NCBI GenBank assembly: GCA_900088475.1
Contig: FLMG01000261.1
Location: 62,001-126,000 of the forward strand
Direction of reading: 5' to 3'
From: Hyphochytrium catenoides
Taxonomy: Eukaryota > Protista > Hyphochytriomycota
Length of the DNA stretch: 64,000 bases
Position 1 is the first letter of the stretch, and each line of letters begins with the position of its first letter. The notes below the pieces were generated by a model that made no database searches, was not told the DNA's origin, and saw nothing but the letters and a program-made list of their open reading frames with translations. Shown piece by piece: positions 25,901-37,762 of the stretch. The translations under genes and the position numbers were made by a program.

Positions 25901-28900
25901 TCAGATGACTCCACCTGGAGCGGGCGATGTCCCGCTTATCCTTGCCCAGACCACGGACTTTACTGCTTGCCCGGCATACATCTGCATCTCTGTTACGGAG
26001 ACGAAAAAGGGCTCCAGACCCCTGTCAGGAAACTTTAGGGTTGATTATGTCTCCCCAACAGGGCCCAGGATAATGGCTTACGACGAAGCAGCACAGCGGA
26101 TGAAAAGAAAGCTGGAGGAGATGGCAACTATTGGAACAGTAGACGTGGTTCGAAGCACATTTCCTACGTGTGCGCTGCCTTCTTGCTCCGGTGGTTGGGG
26201 TGACTTGCCGGTGTTGAAGGATGGCACCCGCGGAGGCTATGTCTGGAAAGTCAGATTCCTCAGCAACCCGGGATCTGTGGCCGGAAAAACCTTTCCTCCT
26301 GGAACCGGAAGAGTAGCACAGATACAGGTGGACGCCGCCGGAACATTATACGGCAATATTGCACAGATTTCGACGGTTCCTGTATTGCTTGGCTCAGTGC
26401 CACTTGGAGGAACCTTTACCATAGGGCTCGGTGAAAATCAAACAATTCCGTTACAATTCAACGCCCCTTACACTTCTTTAGAGCAGGCCCTAGAAGATTT
26501 ACCTTCAGTGGGAGATGTAAGTACGAGAAACGATCACATCTAGCCCACTATCAATAGCTCAACCGCTGACCTCCATACTTTCCCTTATATCACATATTTC
26601 TTTGTTCAGGTACAAGTTTCCAAAGCTCTTGCCTTTTATGAACCCATTCCGGGTGTGACAGCAGATGTTTCAAGAGATGCTGAGGGCCTTCAGGTGACAG
26701 GAGACTATCTCAAAAGTCTTGCACCCGGAGACGTCTTTCGTCTAGGCGGCCAATCCTGCAACTCAGGCTCTGCATGTGACCTACCTGGAGGCAATGGGGA
26801 AGTGTTACTTGGCCATGTGGGAATGGAGTCCAGCTCGCCCCTTGTAGATATGGATGGATATGTGGGATACCAAACTCAAATATCTCCTGGTGAAGAGCTT
26901 ACCATACAAGGCGACACCTATGGCGTTCGGAAGACAGGTGTCCATGTACAAACGCTTACTGTGGAGATGGATACTTCCGTGGTGTTAGATAACAGCGGCT
27001 TCTTCAGAATCTCCCTTACACACAACCATCAAACCAGCGACACCGGTTGCTTTCCTCCTGATGTCACTGCATCTGACATGGCGGCTGGCCTTAACAGCTT
27101 GCCAAATATCGTGGGTTCTATAACGGGTACTGACATAGTCGTGTCCCGCTCCAGCCTTCAGCAATTTAGTCCAACCAGCAGTGGATATGTCTTCTCTATT
27201 TATTTTGAAGGGGCGTCAGTGCAGGGTAAAGTTCGTCTACTGGAGGTTTGCAGCACTAGTACTTGCTGTCCCAGTCAACATAGTTCGTACTTCGGCGGCG
27301 TTGACGTCATTGTAGACGAGGTTATCACCGGTGGGAGAACCGAAGTTCAGACCATTAGCTTGGCTACCGATGCAGGGTTCGTTGAAGATACCAGCGGCTA
27401 TTATAGGTTATCCCTAGGGAGCGCTGGACCATCTTCTTGTATCCGCTGGGGGGCAGATCCAAACGAAATTGAGGACGCTGTTGCGGCCCTCTTAAGCGCC
27501 CCAGGTAAGACGATTGCCTCCGCAGGCAACTAGACATTGGCTCATGCATCACTTTCTGCCTTTAGAGAATTTGCCAGGCAGAGATGTAATGGTCAAGAGA
27601 CAAGGCTATGGTAAGTCGATCCAAGAGGTCCAACGATTGTCCGTCTTAGCCACCAGTGCTGTAACCAAGCATCCGAGCATTGGGCTCTTCAGACTACGGT
27701 GGGTCAACGGTGGCCTGACCTTCGATACCTCAAACTGCATTCCCTTCGGTGCTTCAGCATCGATAGTGGAAAATGAACTCAGTGCTATGCTTGGCTCGCA
27801 AGACATTCACGTGACACGTGAGGGCGATGGCTCTCCTTCTTCAGGATACGGCTACGAGTATTATGTAACATTCTCTGGTCCTGTGGGAGGCGGAACCTCC
27901 ACAGTTCTGGGTGACGTCCATCCGCTGGAGTTCATTGATGTAGGTACCCATGGATGTCAACCGCTGTCAACAGGTTCGCCAGTCCTCTCCATTAAAACTG
28001 TTAGGGAGGGCAAGCCAAGCTACCTCTATAAAGTGTATTTCACTGGGCTGCTCCACGGTGATCTACCTCAACTTGCACTCACAACGGGGGGATGCTCTGG
28101 CTGGACCCACGTAGGAGGCGCTAGTCGTTCTGCCGTCACTGACACCTTACAGGATGGCGGCAGTGCTCATATCCAAGAGATAATTGTCAAGATGACGCTT
28201 GAGGTCGATCCCATTGTGGCTTCCTACCGCTTGGCCTTTAACGGCGAACAAACGGCTTGCCTCTCTTGGGATGCATCCGCAGCAGACATTGCGTCCGAGC
28301 TCACACAGCTATCTTCTATCGGAGCGAATGGGGTTACGGTGACTAGGTCGAGAGATTATAATCGGGCCGTACATGGCTATGTCTACTCGGTTTCTTTCGT
28401 AGGCGAAGATCTGTCCGGTAAAATTGCTTTACGTTTCGTGCTTTGCATATCTCTAACCTTCATATAGGTAGTATCCCTGACATACAATTGGGTGGCACCT
28501 CCTGCCCGTCGCCGCTTGATAGTTCATCTTCTGTGAACATTCAGACTGTCAGAGATGGAATCAATCCAATCAGTGAGCTCCTCTTAAGCAGGAGGTACCA
28601 AGGAGAGCAGGCGGCTTCTGTTCCTTTGTAAGTTACCCTGCTGTCGTTTCTGTGAGGAGAAATGATGGTCACCCTCACGAAATGACAGGTACAAGTTTGC
28701 GCCAGTCTTTACACTTCTCAGCGAGAAATTTGAGGTGCAGCGCCTTATTGTCAAGGACAGTGCGCCCATTACTGCCGGGGCAACATATGACTTAACTGGC
28801 TCTGGTACTGTCGTAGCTTGGAACACTTTAGAAGAAGATTTGGAAAAGATCATTGCGCTGGCCCGAAGTTACGAACCAGGTACCTTTTACTTGGCTTGGG

Positions 28901-31900
28901 CTAAGTCGTTGCTTCTGTCTCTAAACAATACTTGTTGATGTAGGCCAGATTGTGGTGTCTAGGAGAACTGATTCTACGTTAGCTCCTAACGGATACGTCT
29001 ACTCCATTTACTATGTGGGTGTGAACGGGGATGTTCCGGACCTATTGCCATCAATGCCCAGCGGTTTCACTGATCTCTCTCCCGTAAGTGCCCTAAGTCT
29101 TCGCCAGGGAGTAGCATCGACTGGACTGCTGTCTCGCCAGAACCAACTATTGCCCTTGGGATTAGCAAAAGATCCCACTGTTAAAGCGAATCAACGTCGC
29201 GCTGGATCAAACCTTAAGCTCTACAAGCCCAGAGGTACGTAAGCCAGGCACGTCTACTCGTTTTGGCTTGGTCTAATGAGGTGCTACTATCTAGGCTACT
29301 TGTACGTCGTGAAATTTGTCTCCAACCTCGGCGATGTAGCCCGTTTGACAGCGAATGCATCCTTGCTCCGGGGTTCGAACGCTAGTGCGTGGGTGACAGA
29401 TGATTATGTCAAGGGGAACCTACCATTCTCGGCGGTGATTGGCAGCTTAACTACGGGACTACGATATTTCATTCGAACAGCTGCTGTTACCGCCCTAGGA
29501 GTTGGACAATTTTCTTCTCCGGTGTCTGCGATTCCAGCTTCTGCACCCTTGGCACCTATGAGTTTAGAAGTCGGGGTTCCGAAGTATCAGGCGGAGATTC
29601 AAATGCTGAAAACAGCTGCTTCACACGTTCCTGAGGTCCAGGTTGTAAGAACGTCGGCCGATCCTATTGGTGCCGTCCAAGCGGTCCAAACGACTGCGGA
29701 AGGTTGTGGCGAGCGCGATTGTATCGACGGTAATATCGCCATTAGATGGCCGGAGATCCAAGTACTCACCGTCGAAGCCCCAGGTCAGTGCGAACCAATC
29801 CCCTACCAGAGCAATGTCATGTACCTAATCAGACTCTGCTCCAGCTCCTGTTCTCTCAGGCTCCTACCAGCTTGTCGTGGAGATCTTCAACATACCTGGA
29901 ATGCCATCAACGTCACAGACCACTGACCCTATTGCTTGGGACGCCTCAGCTTCCACTCTAGAGGCAGAACTCGCTCAGACTGCCGGTTTACCGCAAGGCG
30001 ACATCCATGTCATTCGGTCAGGTGATGGCGACGCAAGGTACGGCGTACAAATTTATGTTGATGGATCTAGTGCTAATCACTTTTGTATTTTAGCTCAAAC
30101 TATGGGTACTCATATACGATTCAATTCGTTGGTGCGTCTCTAACTGGCAATGTGCCAGAGCTGGCTGTTGCAAATCCCTCTTTCACGATTGTGGGTGGCT
30201 TAACCTCGCCGAACTACGTCACGGTGACAACAGTGAATGAGAATCAAGCTTTAGGGACAGATACAAGCATCCAAGAAGTACGTATATCATCACCCGATTC
30301 CCCTATTAGCCGGGGAGGTTATAGCCTGGCCTTTACCTTGGGAGGCGTTCCGCAAAGCACCCAATGTATTAATTTCGACGCCCCTGCTGACCGAGAAGGC
30401 TCTAATGGTGATGGAACCTCCGTTCAAGAAAGTCTTGAGGCGCTGCCTAATGTGGATCATGTAGTCGTCAAGAGAGAAAAGAATACGATGACGGCTCCAA
30501 ACGGCTTCATATATCGCATATTCTTCTCAGGCAATGGTGTGAGAGGGGCCGTCCCCCCTCTATTGGTGTCGATTTGTGCGCCCTTCGAAACCCTGGTATA
30601 CAACAACTACGTGTCAATCACCGACTATGTTGTTGATGTGATGGTACTTCAAGCAGGAGGCCTTAGCGCTGTCAACAGCTTGACAGCGCCAACTATCCAA
30701 ACAGCCGTGAACCTTCTTTCACCAATAGTAAAAGCACCTGCCGTTGTAAGCGAGTCCGCTAAGGACTTGCAGGGAGGAACCACTTGGACCATAGCTTTCG
30801 CCTCCACCGATGGAGCCGTTCCGGAAATGGTTTGTAGCACAGATAGTGCATTCAAGCTTGTTTCCTCTACGGCCGAGTGCGTTGTTGGAACCATCATTGG
30901 CGGCAATGAGATTGGTGGCGACTTCGTGATCGAATCAGTACCTGTAACGGCGTCAGCAACTGCAATGCAAATGAAGGATGCCTTAGAGAGTGTTTCGTGG
31001 ATTAGCAAGGTGGCTGTTTCTCGCACAGGACCAGATGGTCAGAAAGGTAGGCCGTTTGCGCATATTATTCTAAGAGATTGACCTTTAACCCAGTGCTAGG
31101 CTTCTCTTGGACCGTGACCTTTCTGGGTAATCGGGGGAAGGTCCCGTTGTTAAGAGCGGTCAACACCCTGACCGGGACCAATACTAAGGTGGATGTTGTA
31201 AGAAAAGTAGCAAATAACTTCGTTCAAGGCAGCTTCACGCTTTCCTACGGGGGTTACACGACATCTTCAATCGAACATGATGCTGAGCCAGATGCTTTCG
31301 CGTCGGAAAGCAGCGGCAAGAGTGTGCAAGAGGCCCTTCAGGCTTTGCCTTCAATAGGTTCGATCCTAGTCACCAGGTATGCAGTAAGGGTGCTACGTCA
31401 TTAATGTCAACCCAGGGCTAACGGATGTTGATTAGATCGGGACCGGACAGTGAAGGTGGCTATGAATGGCTAATAACCTTCAGAGATAGCAGAAAGAACG
31501 GAGGTGACCTGCCCCTTCTTGCCGTCAACGATGTCAACCTCAAAGGTGTTGGCGCTGGAGTGCTTGTGCAAGAGATTGTCAAGGGCTCCTTGCCAAACAG
31601 CCATGAGCTATGGCTGACCTTCAACTCTTCAAGCTCCCAAGGCAACCACGTCTTTTCCTACCAGACCGAATGGGATACTTCCACAGCCTTCTCAGGACCG
31701 AAGTATGATTCAGCAACTCTTAACCGGACGTCCGCCCTGAGGAAGTCGCTATCCGTCGTTACTTCCAGTTATTCTCTCGCTCCGCTTGAGAATGCAGCAG
31801 TGAGTGCCATGTGACCTCTTTCTTCGTCTGTCATATTATGTTTTGAACTGACCTCTACACATTATGCAGTTCCAATGGCCCGAGATCGTAAGAATTTACA

Positions 31901-34900
31901 CTCCTACAGGCGGCCCAGGCAGCTTCACTGTGACTTTTCTGGGTTACCCCAGTCACTCTATTGATCTGGGAGTCACGACGTACTCTAGTTTGGAATTATT
32001 TCTCAATGGCGTGTTCCCAGTCCAAACCTTTTTTGGCAACAGTGTTACGATCAGGCCAGAATCCCCGGCATCGACGCTTGTTGGAACTGATGCTTACTTT
32101 GACATCATCTTCAGTGGAATTCCAAGCATTTCTTCTCGAGTGGTGATTTCAGACCCGTCTTTGGCCACGATGTCAGTCCTGCAAACAGGCTCAACACTTT
32201 ATGGAAAACATCTTGCTGCCTTTACTTGTGTTGGGACAGGAGGGACAGTCCGATTCGACCTAGATGGTCTTCAAACAATTGAAGCACCATATGACACAGC
32301 TATCGATGATGTGTCTACATTGATAGTCAATGAGCTTGATCTTGATAGTAACGCCGTCATTTTCGCCGCCGATGATCCTAGCGCGACAGAAATCTGTGCA
32401 CCCACTGGTCCCCCTCCAAAGATCTTTATTCTGTTTAACTACTTGTATGGGCGTCTTAACCCCGTCATATCCGGAGCTGGGGGAGCATCAGTAAGTTTAC
32501 GCCATTTGTGCTATGTAACAGAGGCTCACCTGATGAATGTCCTTAGGTTACTCAGGATACATCATCTGGTGGGAGTGCCATAGATGGTATTATTTGGAGG
32601 CGCCCAACGATCTCGGGCACATTCTCCCTGGGATATGGAGACTTGACTACCCAGGAGCTCAATGCAGATGCCAGTGAGGAGGACGTTCGCTTTGCTATCG
32701 AGCAGCTGGTAAGAACATCATCATCACTTCTTTGTACCAGTTAGGTCCTAAGTAACCGGGTCTGTGTAGATGCCAGGAAACCTTACGGTGGCAGTAACTC
32801 GTGATTATTCCAAAATTCCTCTTGCTGGACGGGTCAGCGTGACGACGGGGTTGTCCTTTGTCCAATGCAGTGGAAGTGACTGTGACTTTGGTGGTGCTGC
32901 CTACGGCGTCCCAGGAGACCTGGTGCATATAGGCGGGACATGGTACACAGTGCTACCAGACACATCTTCTGGTGCTTTGCCCAAAGATCGGTTGTATCTT
33001 GGGGACCTCGACGGTGGCCCCACTATGTACTTAGGACCAACTGCTAGCAACGTCCAGGTCTATGGATGGGCTAAGGGGTACGAGTGGCACGTCACCTTCG
33101 TCCGATCTCCACCTCACATGTCTTTCGCCACTTTGAACCTGAGACCGGCTTTCTTGTTGCCCGTGGACGCAAAAGTGGCGATCCACCCACAAAACTGCTG
33201 GCGCTGTTACTTTATTCCATCGGGGAGCATGAGGGGTGAGAGTTTGGTGATGGGAACAACCTATTTCATTCGATTGTCTGCAACAAACGCTTTGGGCACA
33301 TCTCCCTTTAGTACGGCGACCGGTACACCCAATGGTATTCCTGAAGCCCCCACGGTTCGCTTGATTGTCAGAGGAGGATCAGGGGTTGATGTTATGATAT
33401 CACCCCCTTCTTATCAGAGCGATGTGGCATCATCTTCGATTAATGGTGATATCCAGCGTTACATCATCCAGTGGGACACCTCTTCGTCCTTCCAGCACGG
33501 CAATCCCTTGTGTGAGGATTGCGTTACTGACGTGGAAACGGACAGAATAAAGGTTAAAGCAGACCTTACTGCGTACCTCAACCCTGGTAATAAGATTTCG
33601 GTTGGGACATTTGGATGTCCGATGGAGGTTACGACAGTTTCAGCGACCACTGTGGAAGTGGTTCACCCGCATGGATGCACGCTACTTAGCGATCAGACGC
33701 TGCCTGTACTAATCTTTCGAATAGCTCCAGGCGTGCTACAGGGAGACTCAATCAAGGGTAAGTTCACCTCCTCGTCAATAGCAAAGAAACAAGAGTTATG
33801 GACCACCTTAAATCACTTACTTACCTTACATCACGTTCTGTTACCTTCTAGGCACTCCACCTTACCGCTTTTCGATAGCTGGGTTAGTGACGGGACAGAC
33901 GTATTTCGTACGAGTAGCTGCCAGAAACTCAATACCACCGGAAAGAATAGCGTTCGACGGCTACCCGTCAGACAATACACGCTGGAGTGGCCCTCATCAA
34001 GTCACGCCGCAGAATATCGCCCCATCAGCACCACGGTCGCTCGTGCTAACTGCGTACAGCCGGACAACTATCCAGCTGCAGTTCTATCCACCATTGTATG
34101 ACGGCGGCCTCCCAGTTAGCTCGTACAAAGTTGAAGTTGACGTCACTCCTCAGTTCGAGTCTAGCTACAGAACTACGGTTACCTTAGCCACAGCCTCGCT
34201 TAGCACTCTTTATGACCAAGGGCCTCTTGTGCACCTTCTGACGGGCCTAGAAACAGGCAAAGCATACTACATCCGAGTGGCGGCTATCAGCGGCGCCGGG
34301 ACTAGTCCATTTACTGAGGCAGCCAATGCTCTCTTACTAGTAGGTCTCGCAGAACCTCCACGTTCACTGGATATTGCCAACGGCCTAGACCAGCCAAACT
34401 CTGTGGCGGCTGCATGGTCACCCTCAGCTGGTACTGGCGGTGCACAGGTCCAGAGCTATTGGGTAAGAGCTCTCTTTTCTACTATAGGCTCCCTATTCTA
34501 ACCGTCAAGTTTTTCTGAATGCTAGATTGAGTGGTGGACGTTAGATTCCCAGGCTGAAATACAGACGGTCCAACTTGTGTGGACGGGGATCACGCCCAGC
34601 AGCTCTGACAAGTTCCGGCTGGCGTTTGGGGGCTACTTTTCAACCAATTTGCCCTATGACTCCTCAGCAGCTTCATTCCGGCGAGCGCTTATGAACCTCG
34701 GAGCTGCCAGCGGATTTTCTGTGCGACCTTCTGACCTATGGACGGTGTTCCTTAACCTATAGTTGACCATGGCTTTTCTTTATGCTTTTGTCTCCTATGT
34801 TTAGGCTGTCGTGGGGAACATCGACGTGGTTCGCAACGCTTTGCCGTCAGGAAAAGGATACGAATGGACTGTAACGTTCTTAGAGTCTGAGGGTCTCAAC

Positions 34901-37649
34901 GCTGGCTCACTACCCCTAATCCAATACGACATTTCATGTAGGTGTGTGTTTGTCCTACTTTTAGGCGCGAGTCAGTAACGGTGTGTTTGCAGCCATAGCA
35001 ACCGCCGGAGTGAGAATGGCCGTCTACCCACTGACAAAGGGAACTAGGCGTGGCCAGCCCAATGAACCAGGAGTTGCTGAGGTTCAACTCGTAATGGTGT
35101 CGGCCAGCTCAGGTCTTGGTGGTCATTTCCGTTTGTCTTTCAAGGGCAATTGGACACCCTATTTGCATCACGCAGTGGACGCTCCCGAATTGGCGGAGGT
35201 CTTGTCTTTGACTTGTGGTAGTAAGTAGTGCAGTGCTCGTTTTATACTCTTTAGCTGCAGTAAGGCTAAAGGCCATGCAACCAGGTCCCATTTCCGTGAC
35301 AAGACATTCGTCTGGCAGCTTCCAAGGATATTACTGGCTGATTACTTTTGAAAATCTTGTTGGAGACCTTCCAGCTCTACGGGGCGATGGAAGTTACCTC
35401 ACGGGGGTCGACCCTCGGGTTCAAATCAAAGATGGCGACAACCTTGTATCCAGCCAGGGCAACGTATGTTTACCTGGAGAAGGGGTTCCGGGCGATCTGT
35501 GTCCGGGCCCAGAGTGGGTACATTTTACTGGAAGCTCCTTGGGAGAGCTTGCAAGGTTGACACGACCAGGAGAGGTCCCCGTAGGATATGGTAGTCTGCG
35601 AACCTCTGACGCGACCACCCTTAGTGAGAATGTCGCGCATCTGAGTTCTGGTAAGGAATTCTACTTCTCGGTATCAACAGTCAACAGCAAGGGCACTGGC
35701 CCCCGTAGATATTCTGTGCCAGCCAGCCTCCACATTCCGATTAGACCACCAGGCTTTCCGGTAAATGTTTCCTTGGCACTTGTTCCGATGACAACCAATC
35801 AACTGGCAGTGGACTACAAGCCACCCTCTTCGGATGGCGGTGACCCAATATCCCGCTATCGGGTTGAGTGGGACGTGACCCCAGACTTTGCCAACCCAGG
35901 ATATGAGGAGTTCTCATGCCCCAATAATCCCGTTAACGCGATATGGAGCATCACCTACAAGACTGATCCTCTGTACACGGACTTCACGTTGAATGTAAGA
36001 AAACGCTTCCTTTCGTATGGCACCTGTTAAAGGCCTGAATTGCACTAAAGGTTTCTCTTCAGGTCGCCATTGGGGGCTTCTTAACCACAACACTTCCTAT
36101 TCACTTCGACGCCCCAGCTATGAAATCCGAAGAGACTCCCGGCAACACGGCAACGTCAAGGGTCTTCTGTGTCGATTGTCCTACGTGCGGCGACCCTTGT
36201 AATGCTGGCACAATTGAATCTTTCTCGGGGTCTCTTCAAGCCAAACTCGAACATATACCGGGCGTAGGAAAGGTGACCGTCCGAAGATCTAACGTTGTTT
36301 CTCTACCAGGCTTACGCTGGGTGGTAACCTTTTTAAACCCCGAATCAGACCTCATTAGTCTCTCAACCAACTTCCCGAGCGGGAACCTTCCAGAAGTTGC
36401 ACAAGTTACTCAGGGAAGGCGCTTCACGTCCTGCGTTGGGCCACAAGTTTTTCCTTCAACACGCTCCCTTGTGATGGGGTTAATGTATTATGTTAGAGTG
36501 GCGGCTTACAATTCAGCTGGTTATGGTCCGATGGCGGCGGCGGAGTCCGCTCAGAAACCAATGGCTGTCCCTGGCCCTCCTACCGGTGTCACACTGTCTG
36601 CAGTTTCTGGCAGCGCTCTCAGTGTGGTGTTTAGCCCACCTCTAAGCGATGGCGGAGATACGATTACTGATTACCTCATACAATACTCTCCAGATGCCAA
36701 CTTTCCGTCTGGCAATACCAGTTCAGATCGTGTTTTGCTTCTTCTTGGAGGTGCACCTTATGTACGTCTTATATCTGGGTTGACGAAAGGTCTCCGATAC
36801 TATTTTAGGGTTGCCGCAAGAAATGCAAGAGGCCTTGGCGTGTGGCAAACATCATCGCCAGCGGCTCTTGCTCCGACCACCGCCCCCAGCGCTCCAACGA
36901 ACGTCGTCTTGGGAGTAACTGGACCCTCCCTTCTGACCGTCTCTTTTCGCCCTCCGGTGGATGACGGAGGTGCGGCGATAACTGACTATCAGATTGTGTG
37001 GGATTTGTTCCCATCCTTCGGCAGCCTATATCCCCTGCCTGATAAGGGTAGTAGCATTGTACCGGCGGGCGAAGAGTCCTATACAATTCCTTCTTTGACT
37101 ATGAACAAGAAGTACTACGTGGGTGTCACCGCCTCGAATTTGGCTGGAGGTGGTCTGCTTCAGGTATCAGCTCCGAGCAGTGCAACGCCTTCACTTCAGG
37201 TCCCTGGGAAACCTTGGGGGTTGTCGGCTTTGCCAACAGCTAATCCTGGAGAACTCCTCATCCGTTGGCAACCACCAAGAATTCCAGCCCATGGGATTCC
37301 TTGTTCCGGTACTCTATCTGCACCGGGAAATTGCCCCCAGGTAGATGGGAGAGACGGCGCCCTAGGTGGCGCTCCTCTCCTTCATTACCACATTATCTGG
37401 AACGAGAAGCCAACGTTTAACGGTCAAGGTGGACGAGTGCAGGTACATGGTGAGTCGACCCAGCACACCCTAACTGGTGTGCTCCAATCCGGAATCCAAT
37501 ACTACATACGGGTAGCTGCTATTAACTCGGCAGGGGTTGGACCCTACTGCTCACGCCAGGACTATTTAGGCTACCTCTGTCCCGATAACCTTTTCGAAAA
37601 AGGTGGCAGGATCGTTAGTGGATCTTACGTCAGCGCTACTGCACTTTAA
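13948..37649 (+). CDS. Giant (~7,200 aa) predicted secreted multidomain protein: ~15 fibronectin type III domains plus numerous inserted 'EVQ' alpha/beta repeats (titin-like annotation class)
   Basis: Continuous chain of + strand ORFs joined by ~25 short GT-AG introns. FN3 signatures recur (P-x-x-P...W-x-x-P-x-x-DGG-x-x-I-x-x-Y-x-V-E-W and L-x-x-G-x-x-Y-x-V-R-V-x-A-x-N-x-x-G). A second repeat also recurs (EVQ...GTF-x-L-x-F-x-G...A-x-x-V-x-x-AL-x-x-L...V-x-R...GY-x-W-x-VTF...G-D-x-P-x-L). Putative signal peptide MGTGPILILSPSVGWLLLLLIGL from ATG 13948. Stop TAA 37647-37649. Length is an estimate. Confidence 0.85.
14018..14076. other. Assembly gap (59 N)
   Basis: Run of n; probably hides the first intron donor of the giant gene. 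Confidence 0.99.
23483..23560. other. Assembly gap (78 N) inside a coding exon of the giant gene
   Basis: Run of n; the reading frame is the same on both sides. Confidence 0.99.
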
Positions 37650-37762
37650 GAAAGAGCTTGCATGGGAAGTTCAGCTCGCACTGACTCTTAACTAGGTATA
37701 ATTTAAGGCTTCACATCAAACTTGGTAAAATGAGTTGATCAGTGTTATTTGTAGTAGTGCAT

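Noticed and set aside
13948-37649. Calling the giant gene titin
   Set aside because: No Ig-I set, PEVK or kinase domains were seen. It has a putative signal peptide and many paired Cys, and only the FN3 DGG motif is titin-like.
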